Assembly (NCBI GenBank): GCA_028534125.1
Contig: CM052816.1
Location: 58,902,026-58,966,000 of the forward strand
Direction: 5' to 3'
DNA: 63,975 nt
DNA from: Lama glama
Taxonomy: Eukaryota
The position numbers were made by a program, and so were the translations under genes. A model generated the notes under the pieces. It saw nothing but the letters and a program-made list of their open reading frames with translations, ran no database searches and was not told the DNA's origin. Below, piece after piece: positions 50,780 through 63,906 of the stretch (position 1 is its first letter; each line of letters begins with the position of its first letter).

Positions 50780-51510
50780 GATCACTACAAGGCAGATCAA
50801 ACTAGCATGTTCAAAGACTCTTGACTTTCCTCTCTGAACCTGCTTTCTCTCACTCTTCTTTCTTGAGGAACGTCCACTTCAGTTTTTCAATTACTCAGGC
50901 CAAAAACCCAGCCACATCTGTCACTCCTTCTTTCCCTCACATTTCACATCCCATCACTCCTCAAATCCTGCCAGCAATCCTGTAACAATATGTTCAGAAT
51001 CTCACCACTTTTCATCACCTCATGTCTGTCACCATAGCCCATCACTTCCCTAGATGATGGTAAGAGTTTCCTCCTTGCTTCCCCTCTTCCTCTGCCAAGT
51101 TTAAAAAGGTAGATTATAGACCTCTTCTGCTGAGAATGCTTCAATGACTTCCCATCTCACTTGCCACAAAATGCAAACCCCTACCTGATCTGGCCACCCC
51201 TTCCCAAATCTTTCATCTCATCTCCAGCCCCTGCCCCAGCTCCCCCTCCAGGTCCTTGTCACCTGGAACCTGCCAAGCACATGCTATTCTGGTTCCTGGA
51301 ACACTCTTGCCCTAGGGACCCACGTGACTCCCTCCCTCCCTTTACCTTTCTGCTCCTCCATCACCTTGTGAGAAAGTCTTCCCTGACCTAGTTAAAATGC
51401 TCCTGACTAAGAGCAGGCCCTTCTTTGTTTTTGTTTGCTGTATATCCCTGTTACCTGGCACAAGGCAGACCCAGTAAATATCTGCATTTGATAAGGATGA
51501 ATGAACTCAT
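50780..51510 (+). mobile_element. LINE-2 3' portion
   Basis: ctcaggccaaaaacc...aaatcctgccagc...tcagaatctcaccactt...caatgacttcccatctcac...cctggcaca...cagtaaatat...gaatgaa. Confidence 0.72.
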
Positions 51511-51633
51511 TAGTTCCCAGGCAAGAAAAGAGTTTTGGTTTTTCTTAAATGTCTTTGATTTAGTTCAGGGTTCCAATACTGCCTTGATTAGTGTCTTGTA
51601 GGATCATGGGAAGATCACATATTCCAATTTCTT

Positions 51634-51740
51634 TTCTTCCTTCTTCTTCTTTTTTTTTTTAAATGGAGGTACTGGGGATAGAACTCAGGCCTTTGTGCAT
51701 GCGAAGCATGGGCTCTACCATTGAGCGATACCCAGCCCTC
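51634..51740 (-). mobile_element. tRNA-Ala-derived SINE (vic-1-like)
   Basis: tRNA-like head, purine-rich/A tail; 10-bp TSD ccaatttctt (51624-51633, 51741-51750). Confidence 0.9.
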
Positions 51741-52589
51741 CCAATTTCTTCATCTGTAAAATTCATGGTTGGACTAGGGAGTATGCAAAGTGAGGTTTAG
51801 CTACCCTTTTCTGGTTTTGTAAATGTGGGAGCTCTCCTGAGATCCAACAGTAGCATACCAAGGACTGGGGACTCTTCCACGGTTCTACACCTGTGTCTGA
51901 AGTGATGGAGACAGCCTCTTCTTCCACACTTCCTGTCCACTTTGTGAACACTCCCGGCTTCTCACCATCAGGCACATTATGCCATTCAGACACACAGTGT
52001 GTGGAAGCAGTTGTGAGGTATGTTGCTAGACACCAGTCAATAGTAACAAATCATCAAAGCCTATATGCAATTTACATTAAAAGTCAGAGTGTTGACTATA
52101 TTTCAATAAAAAAATTAGCTAAGAAAGACAAAAAAATTACATTGGAAAAAAAAACCAGAAAGGATTCAAGACTGTCTCTAAAATGACCTGACCTCACTCA
52201 TCTACATTTTGCTTTGTTTCCTTGAGTGGGAGAGAAACGGCAGGGCCTGGTTGAAATTACTTGTAATCCAGGGAATGTCATGTATGTGAATGTATTGGTT
52301 TTATGTGCTGTAGTGAAAAACAAAAGGTTTGGAACCACTGGTGTTACAATGATTGAGATTCAGAGGTAAGAAATGTGGTCTTTGCCTTCATAGAGTTTAT
52401 GGCCTAGATTAAAAAACAGGACATATTTGTACTGTAAAGGGTGTGTAAGAGCACAGTAACTATGTGTGCGTGCCAGACATGTAGAGCAGTTTGTCCTTCC
52501 GGGAGGCACTGTTCGTGGGACTGGTTCATAAGAGGAAGAAACACTTGAGATATGTCTCAAGGGGTCTCTCCTCCTTTCAAGACACTAAT

Positions 52590-52777
52590 TCTGCAAGATG
52601 CTTTCCCTCCCTCCTTCCTGTGTCCTCTGATGATAACATCTTGGTTAGCACGAAGCATCAGGTTTCTGTACTATCCTTTGTGGTCCCTGTATATCCACAC
52701 TGTTATAAATATACTCTCTTTGAATGATCCTAGTTCAGATAGGTCATCTGCTTCCTGTTGGAACTCTGATGATACAG
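52590..52777 (+). mobile_element. ERVL-type LTR 3' portion, degenerate
   Basis: Ends catctgcttcctgttggaactctgatgataca, resembling old ERVL LTR termini. Confidence 0.4.
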
Positions 52778-55254
52778 TCTCATAAAAAATTTTCCTTTCA
52801 ATGGGAACAGATGAGAACTCCAGATTAATTTTTTTTCACTGATACACAACCTCAAAAAAAGATAGGCTTGATATCTGTACCAGAGAAGAATGAGTACCAT
52901 TTCTAAATCCCCACTGTGCTCTTTCAAGTCCCTCGACCCAGGAACACTGCTTGTCCTTGTTGATGCATGTGCTGCGTTGGGTGGATCAAGGAGGTATTTG
53001 TCCCTGGTATCTTAAATAAGTAGGCTGACAATATAATTCATTTTCCAAAGTGGAAAATATTTTAGAATACAACGGTGCACTCTGAAGAATTATTCAGGGG
53101 CGACAGGTGTAAACCAGGATTGTTGGAATGGTCAGTCTGCAGATAAAGGGATGTTATAATTGCCTTTCATTAATCTAAAATCACAATACTGCCCCAGAGA
53201 AAGTAAAGAGCATCCCTTCTGTGTGCTGGGGTGACCTTCTTAGCCATCCTCAGGGGTTCTGTTCTGGCCTATTCCAAGTGCTGAGTCAAGAAGCCCAGCT
53301 CGAGGACTCGACCATTGGAATGATGTAACATTCTCACTGCGAGGCAGAGGCCAGGCAGCAATACGGGTAATGTCTGGGCTCTTCCTAGCATTGCCTTTGA
53401 TAGGGAATTAAGGTCATATGACCCTCTCTGAGAGGTCTATCTCATAGTGTCTTCAAATTCTATGTCCTTGTGATCAAAAGAATTGAAGCATGGTCTGGGC
53501 CAGGGAGGAAAGTGATTCTAAGTCTGGCAGACGCACAATAGATGAGAAGGATACAGGTCCTCAGAGAGGAAGGGCAAGAGCACTTCAATCAGGGCTCGCC
53601 TTGTGAGCAAAGGCCAAACAGCAGGGTGCCAGCTGCTACACAAAGCAAATTGGAGACCTGAGCCACATCACCAATACACTCCTATGTGTGCAGGGCTCAG
53701 CTGATTTAGAGGGATATGTTTTCTTTATAAACCTTTCACTAGCTAAAAATGTGAAGAGATGCTTCAAAGCATCAGACCTCCCCAGTAGCCTGGTGTGTGT
53801 GTGTGTGGAAGCTGATGCTCCTCATTTGGCTTTGTGCCGTCGGCTCAGATGCAGTATTTGGGATTATCTAGCCAATTACTACATTTGTACTCTGTCTGCC
53901 TCTCAAGGGATTTTCCTTTAGATTCTCTAATAGAAACATTTTGTTTTCCCTTGAAGAACAGTTTGGTCACCCTTGGGGTAACCATCTCTTGAAATCTGTG
54001 CCAGAGTTTGTATTTATTTCCACAGCTTGAACGTAGCCTTTCTCCTTGTTGTCTTAGCACTTGGTGTTCTTGCTGGTAATTTATAGGGGAGCACTTTATA
54101 TCATGCTCTCCAGCCTGGTGATCATCATTCTGTTTTTGAAAACAAAAGTGTTTCTTGCAGTGGAAAATAGTTCATGTGCGTCCACCAATTTGTATACTTT
54201 AATTTTGTGAAAGAGCAGGGAGCTACTGTGGTTTCTTGGAAAACCTCTTTTAGGGTTAAGTGATACTCTTATAACATCAAATCAGAAGCTACTAGCATTT
54301 GGGGCCTGTGTATTATTTATTATGATGCAGATCAACACTTGGTTGAGTTGGAATTTCACTGTTGCAACATGGGTAATGGTTAATTCCCTCAGTAATAAAT
54401 TGTGCCTATGACTCTAATTGCTGCCATAAGGTGAGTGGCTGTGGTTGAGAGTACAGGCCTAGTGGCTTGGCTCTTCTTAAGTATAGTTGACTTGCAGAGA
54501 TTAGGTAGGTGAGCACAGGCTTTCAATTCCATCATGCAATACTTGCAAGGTCTAACTGTGGAGGTAATATATGGACCAAGACTGAAATGCACATGAACAC
54601 CTGTATGTAAATTGGCATCTCTATGTTTTTCTCTCAGTTGTCACTTGTGAACTTTTTTTCTTCAACTCTCTTCCTGGATTTAGAAACCTTCCCAGGCTGC
54701 TTTTATTTTTTTGGCTGTGCTTCTAGACCTTCCATTGAAATGCTCCTGCAGGTGACCCTTTGGCTAGCTGCCTGCCCTCATTAACTAAAAGCATTAGTTT
54801 GCCTCCTTAAGCTTTCCAGTTCCCTCTAAAATACAGGGACAGCTTGTTACTTTCCTGGTCAGAATAACAAAGGCTCCCTTTGCAGTCTCTCTCAGCTCAA
54901 GTGAGAAGAGGAACTCAAAGAACACACACTGCAACTCACTCGGGAAGATCCTTCACTAATCAGGAACATATTCCCTGTTGTGGTCATCCAACTTCTTCAT
55001 CTTCTACTTTACTAATTTTGGAAACTTATATGGTTTCTAGATAGGAAATGACTGTGGCATTCAAAAAGAAGATCAGTAATTCATTGGAGTGGTGCTACAG
55101 TAGAAAGAAACTTAATGCACTATATGAATAATCTCTGGCCCACTTCATTTGTTCATCCATTAATTCTTTGGTTCATTCCTAAAACATTTATGGAGTGCTT
55201 GCAGAGTACTAGATACTATTTGGTGCTAGAGAAATTGAGATAAATGACACTATG

Positions 55255-57100
55255 TTGGTTTGGCTGATGATATAATAGTATACCCAAAAGACCAGTAAGC
55301 TCCAGTAAAAACTTGGAAGAATTAACAAAATTTTTGTAAGTGACTGGATTCAATAAATAATTGAAAATAAGGAAGCCCTTTCTCTACACTAATAATAACA
55401 CTCTAAAAAAAGGAAGTGGGCAAAATATTTCATTAAGAATAGTGACATAAAATTATAAAATATTTAAAAATTATATAATTTTTAAAAAATAAACTTGGCA
55501 AGAAAATAAAGGACCCATATGAAAAAGCATGAAATAAATCTGAACAAATAGAAGGACATAACCACCTTCTTGAATAGGGAGACATTATATCATAAAATGT
55601 CAAATCATCTAAAATGATTATGTGAATTTAGTATAATTCCAATAAACTCTCAAATAATTTTTAGTTGGATAAAATCAAGTCAAGTTTCATATATAAAAGT
55701 AAATGCCAAAGAAATGCTAATAAAAATATGAAAAAAATTAGGGGATATTTTTATTAGATATTAGGATATTTAGTATATTTAGCAAAGCCACTGTACTATA
55801 AAAACAATATGGTATTGGCAAAGAATAAACAAATAGACTAGAACTTAGACCCAAGAATATATCCAGGAATGTATAAAAAATTACCATATGATAAAGGTAA
55901 TACTTCAATTCAGTGGGAAATGACTGATTGACTTAATAAATAGTGCTGATATAATGAATATCCTTCCAGAAAAAAATAAAGTTGTGACTCTGTATCACAC
56001 AAAATATGCAAATGGAAATTCCAGATTGCCTGAAGATTTCAGTGAACAATAAACTAACATTTTAGAAGAGAATGTAAGAGATTATATCCAACCAAGGAGT
56101 AGGAGAGAAATTTATAATCAACTTGAGAAAGCCTGACACCATTATAAATACCATTATTTATTATATAAATATGTAAAAAAACCACAAAGTCAGGAGAAAG
56201 ATAGTAGATTTGGAAGAAATATTAGCAACAAGCACAGCAAAGGATAATTATTTATAATATGCAAATGGGGTTAAGAATCAATGAAAAAAGACCCAAATTA
56301 CTATTCTCCTCCCTGCAACATTTGGCTAAGAATATGAATAGGCAACCCACAGAAGAGTTAATCTGAAAGTCCAATTAATTAGTAAATTAAAAGATGCTCA
56401 AATTTACTTGTGGTCAGAAAAAAGAAAATTAAGGTAGCAGTGAGGTGTCATTATTATATGCTTCAGATTTGTAAAAGCTAAAAAGAGCAGCAATACTTAC
56501 TCCTACAAAGGAGGCAGGGAGATGGAGTTTCTCATACTCTTCTGAAATGTACATTGTTATAGTCTTTTTGGAAGCATCTTGGCAGTATCTATGAAAATTT
56601 AAAAAAATGTGGTACATTTTAAGCCACCAGTCTAAGTACTGGGAATGCTGTAGATATAAGAGCATCAAGATATGGGTAAAGAAAGTTTATTGCAGTATTG
56701 TTCATATTGCAACAAACAAAAGAAAAGAGGGACCAAACTGAATGGACATCAAAAGGGAACTGTTGAATTTATAATGATGTATCTCTACTGTGAAATATTA
56801 CACAGCTGTTAAAATAATTAGAGCTAACTGGATTGATTTTGGGAGGGATTGCTATGAAGTGCAGAATAGGAAGGACAAGACTGAGAAATAAAATGAGAAA
56901 TTTGGAACGAGTGTAAGGATGAGCATGAGATGTGAGGGAGAGAAGAGGCAAGCAAAGAAGAATAATACAATGCATTAAAACAGCCCACGGTGGGTGTGTG
57001 TGCATGTGTGTGTATGTGTGTAGGTATGTATGTAAAAGAACTGGAAAAAAGGTAGAGTTTGAGCTACATAAACTGACCAGTAGGCACTTTGGAATCTGAC
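55255..57100 (+). mobile_element. Old LINE-1 (L1ME-like), decayed ORF2 to 3' UTR
   Basis: ttggctgatgatataatagtatacc (FADD-like region), aacaatatggtattggc, aaaagatgctcaaa...tttggaagcatcttggcagtatct; A-rich + strand. Confidence 0.75.
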
Positions 57101-58164
57101 GCTTTGTGGATGGAGTGTGTTCCACATGAGGACAAGGAACAGGGTGTGGTCATGGTCAAGAGAGACTAAAGGGAAACAGAAGTGAAAGCCCTTGGATCCC
57201 AGGAGAGGAAGAAAGGATCTGAGGCTTATGATCTGTATGGATGCCAGAAGCAGCTCGGGAAGGCCTGACCCGAGAGTCAGCACTGAGGCTGTAAGTCAGA
57301 GAGCGGGGCGGTGCAGGCTATGAGGGGTCGGAAGCTGATACAGTTCTTCAGGAGTATCGAAATCATGACTCCTGAATTAGGTTCAAGAGAACATTTATTT
57401 GAAATATGAAAAGAATCATAGCAAATGACAAATTAAAAAAGTGACAAATATCACAAACATCAAAAATACATTCTTTGACATCATAATTTTGGTTGCCTCT
57501 TCTTATGACCACAATTTTGTAATATTCTTTTCATAGAGAAAATAGGAAGGTAACTCCATTGAAGTTTTTAAAACATAATTATTGATAGTTTGGAAAGGTA
57601 TTTTTTTCCAGTGCCACAACTTTTTAGGTTCATGTCACATACATTTTCACAATTGTTAATCAAAGTAAAAAAAAAATCCCTGTCAAAGAGAAAGCTTCTG
57701 TTTTGATGAGGTATGGATGAAATCTGAATTCTTTACTTATCTTTTAGTAGATCTGGTGTAGAAGAGGTTTTTAGAGATTAGCTTCTGGTTTTGTCGTATT
57801 TCAAACCTGGTTTCTTTTGACTACCCAACACAGTCTGGAACTGAGTGCTGAAGCTCATGTTCATACTGAGATGCAGTATCTTACTCTATTCCTCTGTCAC
57901 TCAGGGGTCATCCCAGTGCACCTGGATGCCAATGCTCTACCAGGACACTAACAATCACACAACTAACACAGGAGTGATGGAGGACCATCTAAATATATTT
58001 CCCTTTTCTACTAAACCCAAATGAAACAGATCCTCAACTCAACTTTCTCTTATCTGGATCCCCCACATGCTCCTGGACCAATACCATCCAATACAGAGGG
58101 GAAATTGGAGTAAAGACAGCAATCTTAACCATTTTGGTTAAAATCGCTTATTTTTGCATAATAC

Positions 58165-61133
58165 TTTTTATTATTTTTAAAATTGAAGTATAGTTGATTT
58201 ACAATATTACATCAGTTTCAGATGTACAGAATAGTAATTCAGTCTTTTTGCAGACTACACTCCATTATAAGTTATTATAAGATAATGTCTATAATTCCCT
58301 GTGTTATACAGTAAATCCTCTTGCTTATCTATTTTATACATTGTAGTTTATATCTGTTAATCCCGTACACCTAATTTGTTCTTCTTCTCTCCCCTTTTCT
58401 ATGTCTGTGAGTCTGTTTCCTTCTTGCATACACATTTGCATTATTTTTTAAATTCCACTTATAAGTGATAACATATAGTATTTGTCCTTTTCTATCTGCC
58501 TTATTTCACAGATCGTAATATTCTCTAGGTCCATCCATGTTGCTGCAAATGGCAGAATTTCATTTCCTTTTATGGTTGAGTAATATTCCATTGTGTGTGT
58601 GTATGTATATATACACACACACATATACATACATATAACACATCTTCTTTATCCATTCACCTGTTGGGCACTTGGGTTGCTTCCATGTCTTGGCTATTAG
58701 TACTATTATGGACACTAGGATTCATGTATTTTTTTGAATTAGTGTTTTCATTTTTTTCTGGATATATACCCAGGAATGTAAGTGCTGGGTCACATTTTAG
58801 TTCTGTGTTTAGGTTTTTGAGGAAACCCCACACTGTTTCCCACAGCGACTGCACCAATTTACATTCCCACCAGCAATGTACAAAGGTTTTCTTTTCCCCA
58901 TATCCTTGCCAGCATTTGTTATTTGTAGACTTTTTGATTATTGTCATACTGACAGCTGTGAGATGATATCTCACTGTTGTTTTGATTTGCTTTTCTCTAA
59001 TAATTAGTGATGTTGGGCATCTTTTCATATGCCTGTTAGCCATTTGTATGTCTTCTGTGGAAAAATGTCTTCAGGTCTTCTGCCTATTTTTTGATTGGCT
59101 TGTTTATTCTTTTGATATTGAGTTGTATTAATATTTTTGGATATTTTGGATGTTAACCCCTTGTTGGTCATATCATTTGCAAATATTTTCTTATTTTATA
59201 GATAGTCTTTTTGTTTTGTGGATGGTTTCCTTTGCTGTGCAAAAGCTTTTAAGTTTAATTAGGTCCCATTTGTTTATTTTTGCTTTTATTTCTTTTGCCT
59301 TAGAAAACAGATCCAAAAAAATATTCCTAGGATTTATGTCAAAGAGTGTTCTCTTTTAGGATTTTTATGGTTTCTAGTCTTACATATAGGCCCTTAAGTT
59401 TTTTTATTTTATTTTTGCATATGGTGTGTGGGAATGTTCTAATTTCATTGTTTTATATGTGGCTGTCCAGTTTCTCTAGCACCACTTGTTGAAGAGACTA
59501 TCTTTTCTCTATTGTACATCCTTGCCTCCTTTATTATAGATTAGTTGACCATATGTATGTGAGTTTATTTCTCTGGTCTTTATTCTGTTCCATTGATCAA
59601 CATGACTGTTTTTTGTGCCAGTACCATACTGTTTTGATTACTGTAGCTTTGTATGATAGTCTGAAATCTGGGTGGATTAGACCTCCAGCTTTGTTCTTTT
59701 TTTCTTAAGAGTGCTTTGGCAATTCTGGGGCTTTTGTGGTTCCATATGAATTTTAGGATTATTTGTTCTAGTTCTGTGAAAAATGTCATGGGTATTTTGA
59801 TAGGGATTGCATTAAATCTGTAGATTGCTTTGGAGAGTACGGACATTTTAACAATATTAATTCTTCTAATCTAAGAGCATGAGCTATCTTTCTATTTCTT
59901 TCTATCATCTTCAATTTGCTTTATCAATGTTTTATAGTTTTTGGAATACAGGTCTTCCACCTCCTTGATTAAGTTTATTCCTGGGTATTTTATTCTTTTG
60001 GGATTTTTCTTTTTTATTTTCTCTTTCTAGTATTTCATTATTAGTGTATAGAAATGAAGCATTTCTGTACATTAATCTTATATCATGCAGTCTTGCCAAA
60101 TTCATTTATTAATTCTATTTTTTTTTTGCTGGAGACTTCAGAGTTTTCTATATAAAGTATGTCATCTGCAAATAGTGACTGCTTGTCTTCTAATTTGAGT
60201 ACTTTTTCTTTTTCTTTTCTGATTGTTGTGGCTAGAATTTCCAATACTATGTTAAATAGAAGTAGTGAGAGTGGGCATTCTTGTCTTGTTCCTGAATTTT
60301 GTGGAAAAGCTTTCAGCTTTTCACCATTTAGTATGATGTTGACTGTGGGTTTGTTGTAAATGGCTTTTATTATGTTGAGATATGTTCCCTCTGTACTCAC
60401 TTTGATGAAAATCTTTTTTTTTAAAATCATGAATGGATGTTGAATTTTGTCAAATGCTTTTTCTGCATCTATTGAGATTGTCATGTGATTTTTGTCTTTC
60501 CTTTTGTTAATGTGGTGTATCACACTGATTGATTTGTGTCAGTTGAATCAGTCTTGTGACCCTGGAGTAAAACCAACCTGATCAAACTGTATAATCCTTT
60601 TTATATATTGTTGGACTCAGTTTGCTAATATTTGGGTGAGGATTTTTACATCTATATTCATCAAAGACACTGACCTATAATTTTCTTTTTGTTGGTAGTG
60701 TTTTGGTCTGTTTTAGAATCAGCATAATGGTGGCCTCATAAAATGAATTTGGAAGTGTTCCTTCCTCTTTAATTTTCTTTTGGGTAGTTTGAGAAGGAGA
60801 GGTATTAGTTCTTCTCTACAAGTTTTGTAGCATTCCTGTCTGTAGCTGTCTGGTCCTGGACTTTTTGTTTGCTGGGAGTTGTGTTTTTTTTTTTTTAATA
60901 AAAATTCAGTTTCACTTTTAGTGATTGGTCTGTTCAAATTGTCTGTTTCTTCTTGATTCAGTATTGGCAGATTGTATGTTTCTAGAAATCAATCCATTTC
61001 TTCTGGGTTGTCCAATTTGTTGGCATACAACTGTTCATAGAATTCTCTTAAGATTTTTTGTATTTCTCTGGTATTGGTTGTTATTTCTCCTCTTTCATTT
61101 CTTATTTTGTTTACTTGAGTCCTCTCTTTTCTT
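58165..61133 (-). mobile_element. ~3 kb 5'-truncated LINE-1
   Basis: T-rich tail and ttgaagtatagttgatttacaata 3' terminus at about 58165-58210, followed by collinear ORF2 remnants. Confidence 0.95.
58657..61133 (-). pseudogene. Disrupted LINE-1 ORF2 (reverse transcriptase and C-terminal region)
   Basis: Fragments in different frames: NRPITKSE...[37 protein letters not shown]...GTRQECPLS...[54 protein letters not shown]...[13 protein letters not shown]. Multiple frameshifts and stops. Confidence 0.95.
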
Positions 61134-63173
61134 CAATACAGAGGGAAAATTGGAGTAGAGAGAGACAGCAGTCTTAACCATTTTTGTTAAAATAAGTTAT
61201 TTTTGCAAATATTACAAAAACCTCTGACCATGTTACCAGGACTCCTTGACCTTAGAACTTAAGCTTCACGAGTTTACTATTATGTTATATTTCTTCTCTT
61301 ATTGGTGACCTGCTTAGTGTTCTACAGGATAGAGTATTAAGCTCACTGTAAGTCTGTGTATGTGTGTGTGTTTGTGTGCACAACATTTCTTATTTTCTTG
61401 GAAATTTTTTGTCACACTACAGCATTGGTCCAAATAAGTCAGTCTTGCTTTTCTGGCTTCAAATCATTTTTTTTTAAACTCTGGAATCCCAATACAGAAA
61501 CATGAAACACTTCGACTACAGTAATTTTAGAGTCAATGTCCTGAAAATGAGAAATTCCAATGAAATGATGTACTGCACAACATCGTTTCCAGCCCCCTGC
61601 ACCACCACTGAAGCTTTGCATACATTTTCCTTCTTCATTTTCATATATATTATATTTACCATCAATCTTGTGGCAAGTTGCAGAGCAGGGAGACTGGGTG
61701 ACATGGTTCTCTGATGGGGAGATCAATCTGTAAATGTTCCTTTCCTGCAAAGGGTGGAAAAATGAGAACAAAGCATTGCTACTCATCATTCTTTCTTTCA
61801 ACCCCAGTAGGAACTTTGGTCCTGGTAACAGCGGCAACACAGTCAGCCAAAGGTCTGAAAAGAAAAACTAATCAAGAGGAACGATGGAAAACCACAAACA
61901 ATGATTGTGTGGTCCCTTAGGGACAATTTTTGATGAGTTTGAATATAAACGCAAGAATCCTAGAAATGTCAAAAGGCCTTGGATAAAGCACTCAAAGCCC
62001 CATTTATCTGTGGGGAAAATGTTTTTATTTATTAATGGCCTATTTTAATAATTTTTTGTTTCTCATAAGGTTTTTGTCCCCTGCACAGTTTAATGTGACT
62101 AGTTTTGAAATATTTCCCATTTTGAAATTGGAAGGCTTATATTTTATTCCTAGACGTTTCTTCTCTGTTCCTGCTTTCCCAGAGATGTTATCATGGTGCT
62201 GTTCAAACACTGAACTACCCAGAAGAGAAGTGTGTGTTGTGTGTGCTGGTGGATGTGTTAAGCCCACTCTTATCAAACTTGGGAGTAGAACGCATTGCAG
62301 CACACACACACATGGTTTCCACATTACTGCTTTAACCACATTGCAATTGCAGTAATGAAAAGCAGCATGGGCAGAAGCCCAGGGGCTCTGGGTGTGTTTT
62401 CCAAAATGGATTACAAAAATTAGTGGGAAATAAATGGCTTCATGTACAGAGAAGAGTTTGGAAATAAGGGCATCAAGAGCTTTCTGGGAAGAAATGTAAA
62501 CCAGATGGAGGAACCCAAAATTAAGGATGATGATGAAAGGAAAGAAGTAGCTGTTTGTTTGAAGCCATTGGGGGAGAAGGTCAATTTTCTATTACCTAGT
62601 TGTCAAGGTAATAGGAAGGGTGTTGCAGGGCAATCAGCTCTGGGGCTGTGAGGTCCAAGTTAGTGTACCTTTTCAGATGTGCTTGGCTTCGCCTTCTGGG
62701 CCCTGGGCACTTGCTCAATGGAGAACCCAGGGCCGCTGCCTTTTCTTATAATACTGTCAGCTGTCCCAGCCTTCCCTGCTTGTGCATGGCTCCACTGTGC
62801 TCCCTGGACAGGACCTGCAGCAACCCCACGCCCTGCCTTTCTACCATGCCCAGGCTCAGAAGAATTGTTGGAAAGTGGCATGGGATCTGACTGTCCCAGT
62901 GGCTATTTGGAGAGGTTGGGTAACATTAACACACCAGAAGTTGAGGGGAATTAGTGCACCCAGAAGTGTCCAGGGGTCCTTTAACTAGTGGAGACAATAG
63001 GCAGAAAGGACCTGGCAGATAAATTCTGCTCTCTCTTCCCCACAATGGATGGTTCAGAGATGCAGGGGTTCCATGTGGCCTCTCTACGGACACGTCCTAC
63101 ATAAAGAAGAAACCAGCTGTATTTTTTTGTGAGGCTGTGGCGAGCGAGCTCAGTAAGAGACTGGAATGGACTA

Positions 63174-63526
63174 CAGTCAGCGCTCCATATCCATGGATTC
63201 TGCATCCACAGATTCAACCAACTGCAGATCAAAAATAGAAAACAAAATTCCAGAAAGTTTCGGAAGGCAAAACTTGAATTTGCTGCTCACTGGAACTATT
63301 TACATAGCATTTACCTTGTATCTACAACACTGTTTACATTGCATTTACACTTAGGTGCTGTAAGTAATTTAGAGTAATCTAGAGATGATTTAAATATTTT
63401 GGGAGGATGTGTATAGGTTATATGCAAATACTGTGACATTTTATATAAGGGACTTGAGCATCTAGGGATTTTGTTATTCAAGGGGGGTCCTGGAACCAAT
63501 TTCCTGTGAATACTGAGGAATGGCTG
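63174..63526. mobile_element. MER2(B)-like TcMar-Tigger MITE, full length
   Basis: TA-flanked TIRs cagtcagcgctccatatcc ... gaatactgaggaatggctg; internal taggttatatgcaaatact...ttttatataagggacttgagcatc. Confidence 0.88.
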
Positions 63527-63906
63527 TACCTTTTACTTGCTTCCTTTCCTTTCCTGCCTCCTTTAGGAACTATGGAGATTGTTGATTATTTTAAATATTG
63601 TGTTATTAATTTAGGCATGAGACATCTATATGGTAGTTTAAAAAGAAGACCATAGGGGATCATTACTGGTTATAAATAGTTATAATTTAAGGTGAGAGAT
63701 TACTACAAATTTTTAAGCCACTGCATTGTATAGTAAATATAATTTGCTTATGAAACACTTAATGTATTCACTTAGTAATACAAGGCAAACTTGATAACAA
63801 AACTTTCGTAATAAAATTATTAAGCATTCTGAACTTGGTAGAGGCACAAATAAAATGGCTTACTTTTTCTGGTTACTGCTATTAAATACATGCTATTAAA
63901 ATCCTT

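Larger units (their letters stand above)
57310..61285 (-). mobile_element. Old hAT-Tip100-type DNA transposon (Zaphod-like), split by the L1 insertion (pieces about 57310-58164 and 61134-61285)
   Basis: actaaacccaaatgaa...caactcaactt...ggatccccca...cagcaatcttaacc...ttttgcaaa...aaaaac...cttaagcttca resembles the reverse complement of a recalled hAT-Tip100 terminus; family name tentative. Confidence 0.55.

Noticed and set aside
52092..52155. Possible ultra-short L1 terminus with an A-rich extension
   Set aside because: Only about 20 nt resemble the L1 end and no convincing TSD was found
58657..60937. Reverse-transcriptase ORFs as an active or novel RT system
   Set aside because: Ordinary LINE-1 ORF2, 5'-truncated (no endonuclease or ORF1) and broken by frameshifts and stops
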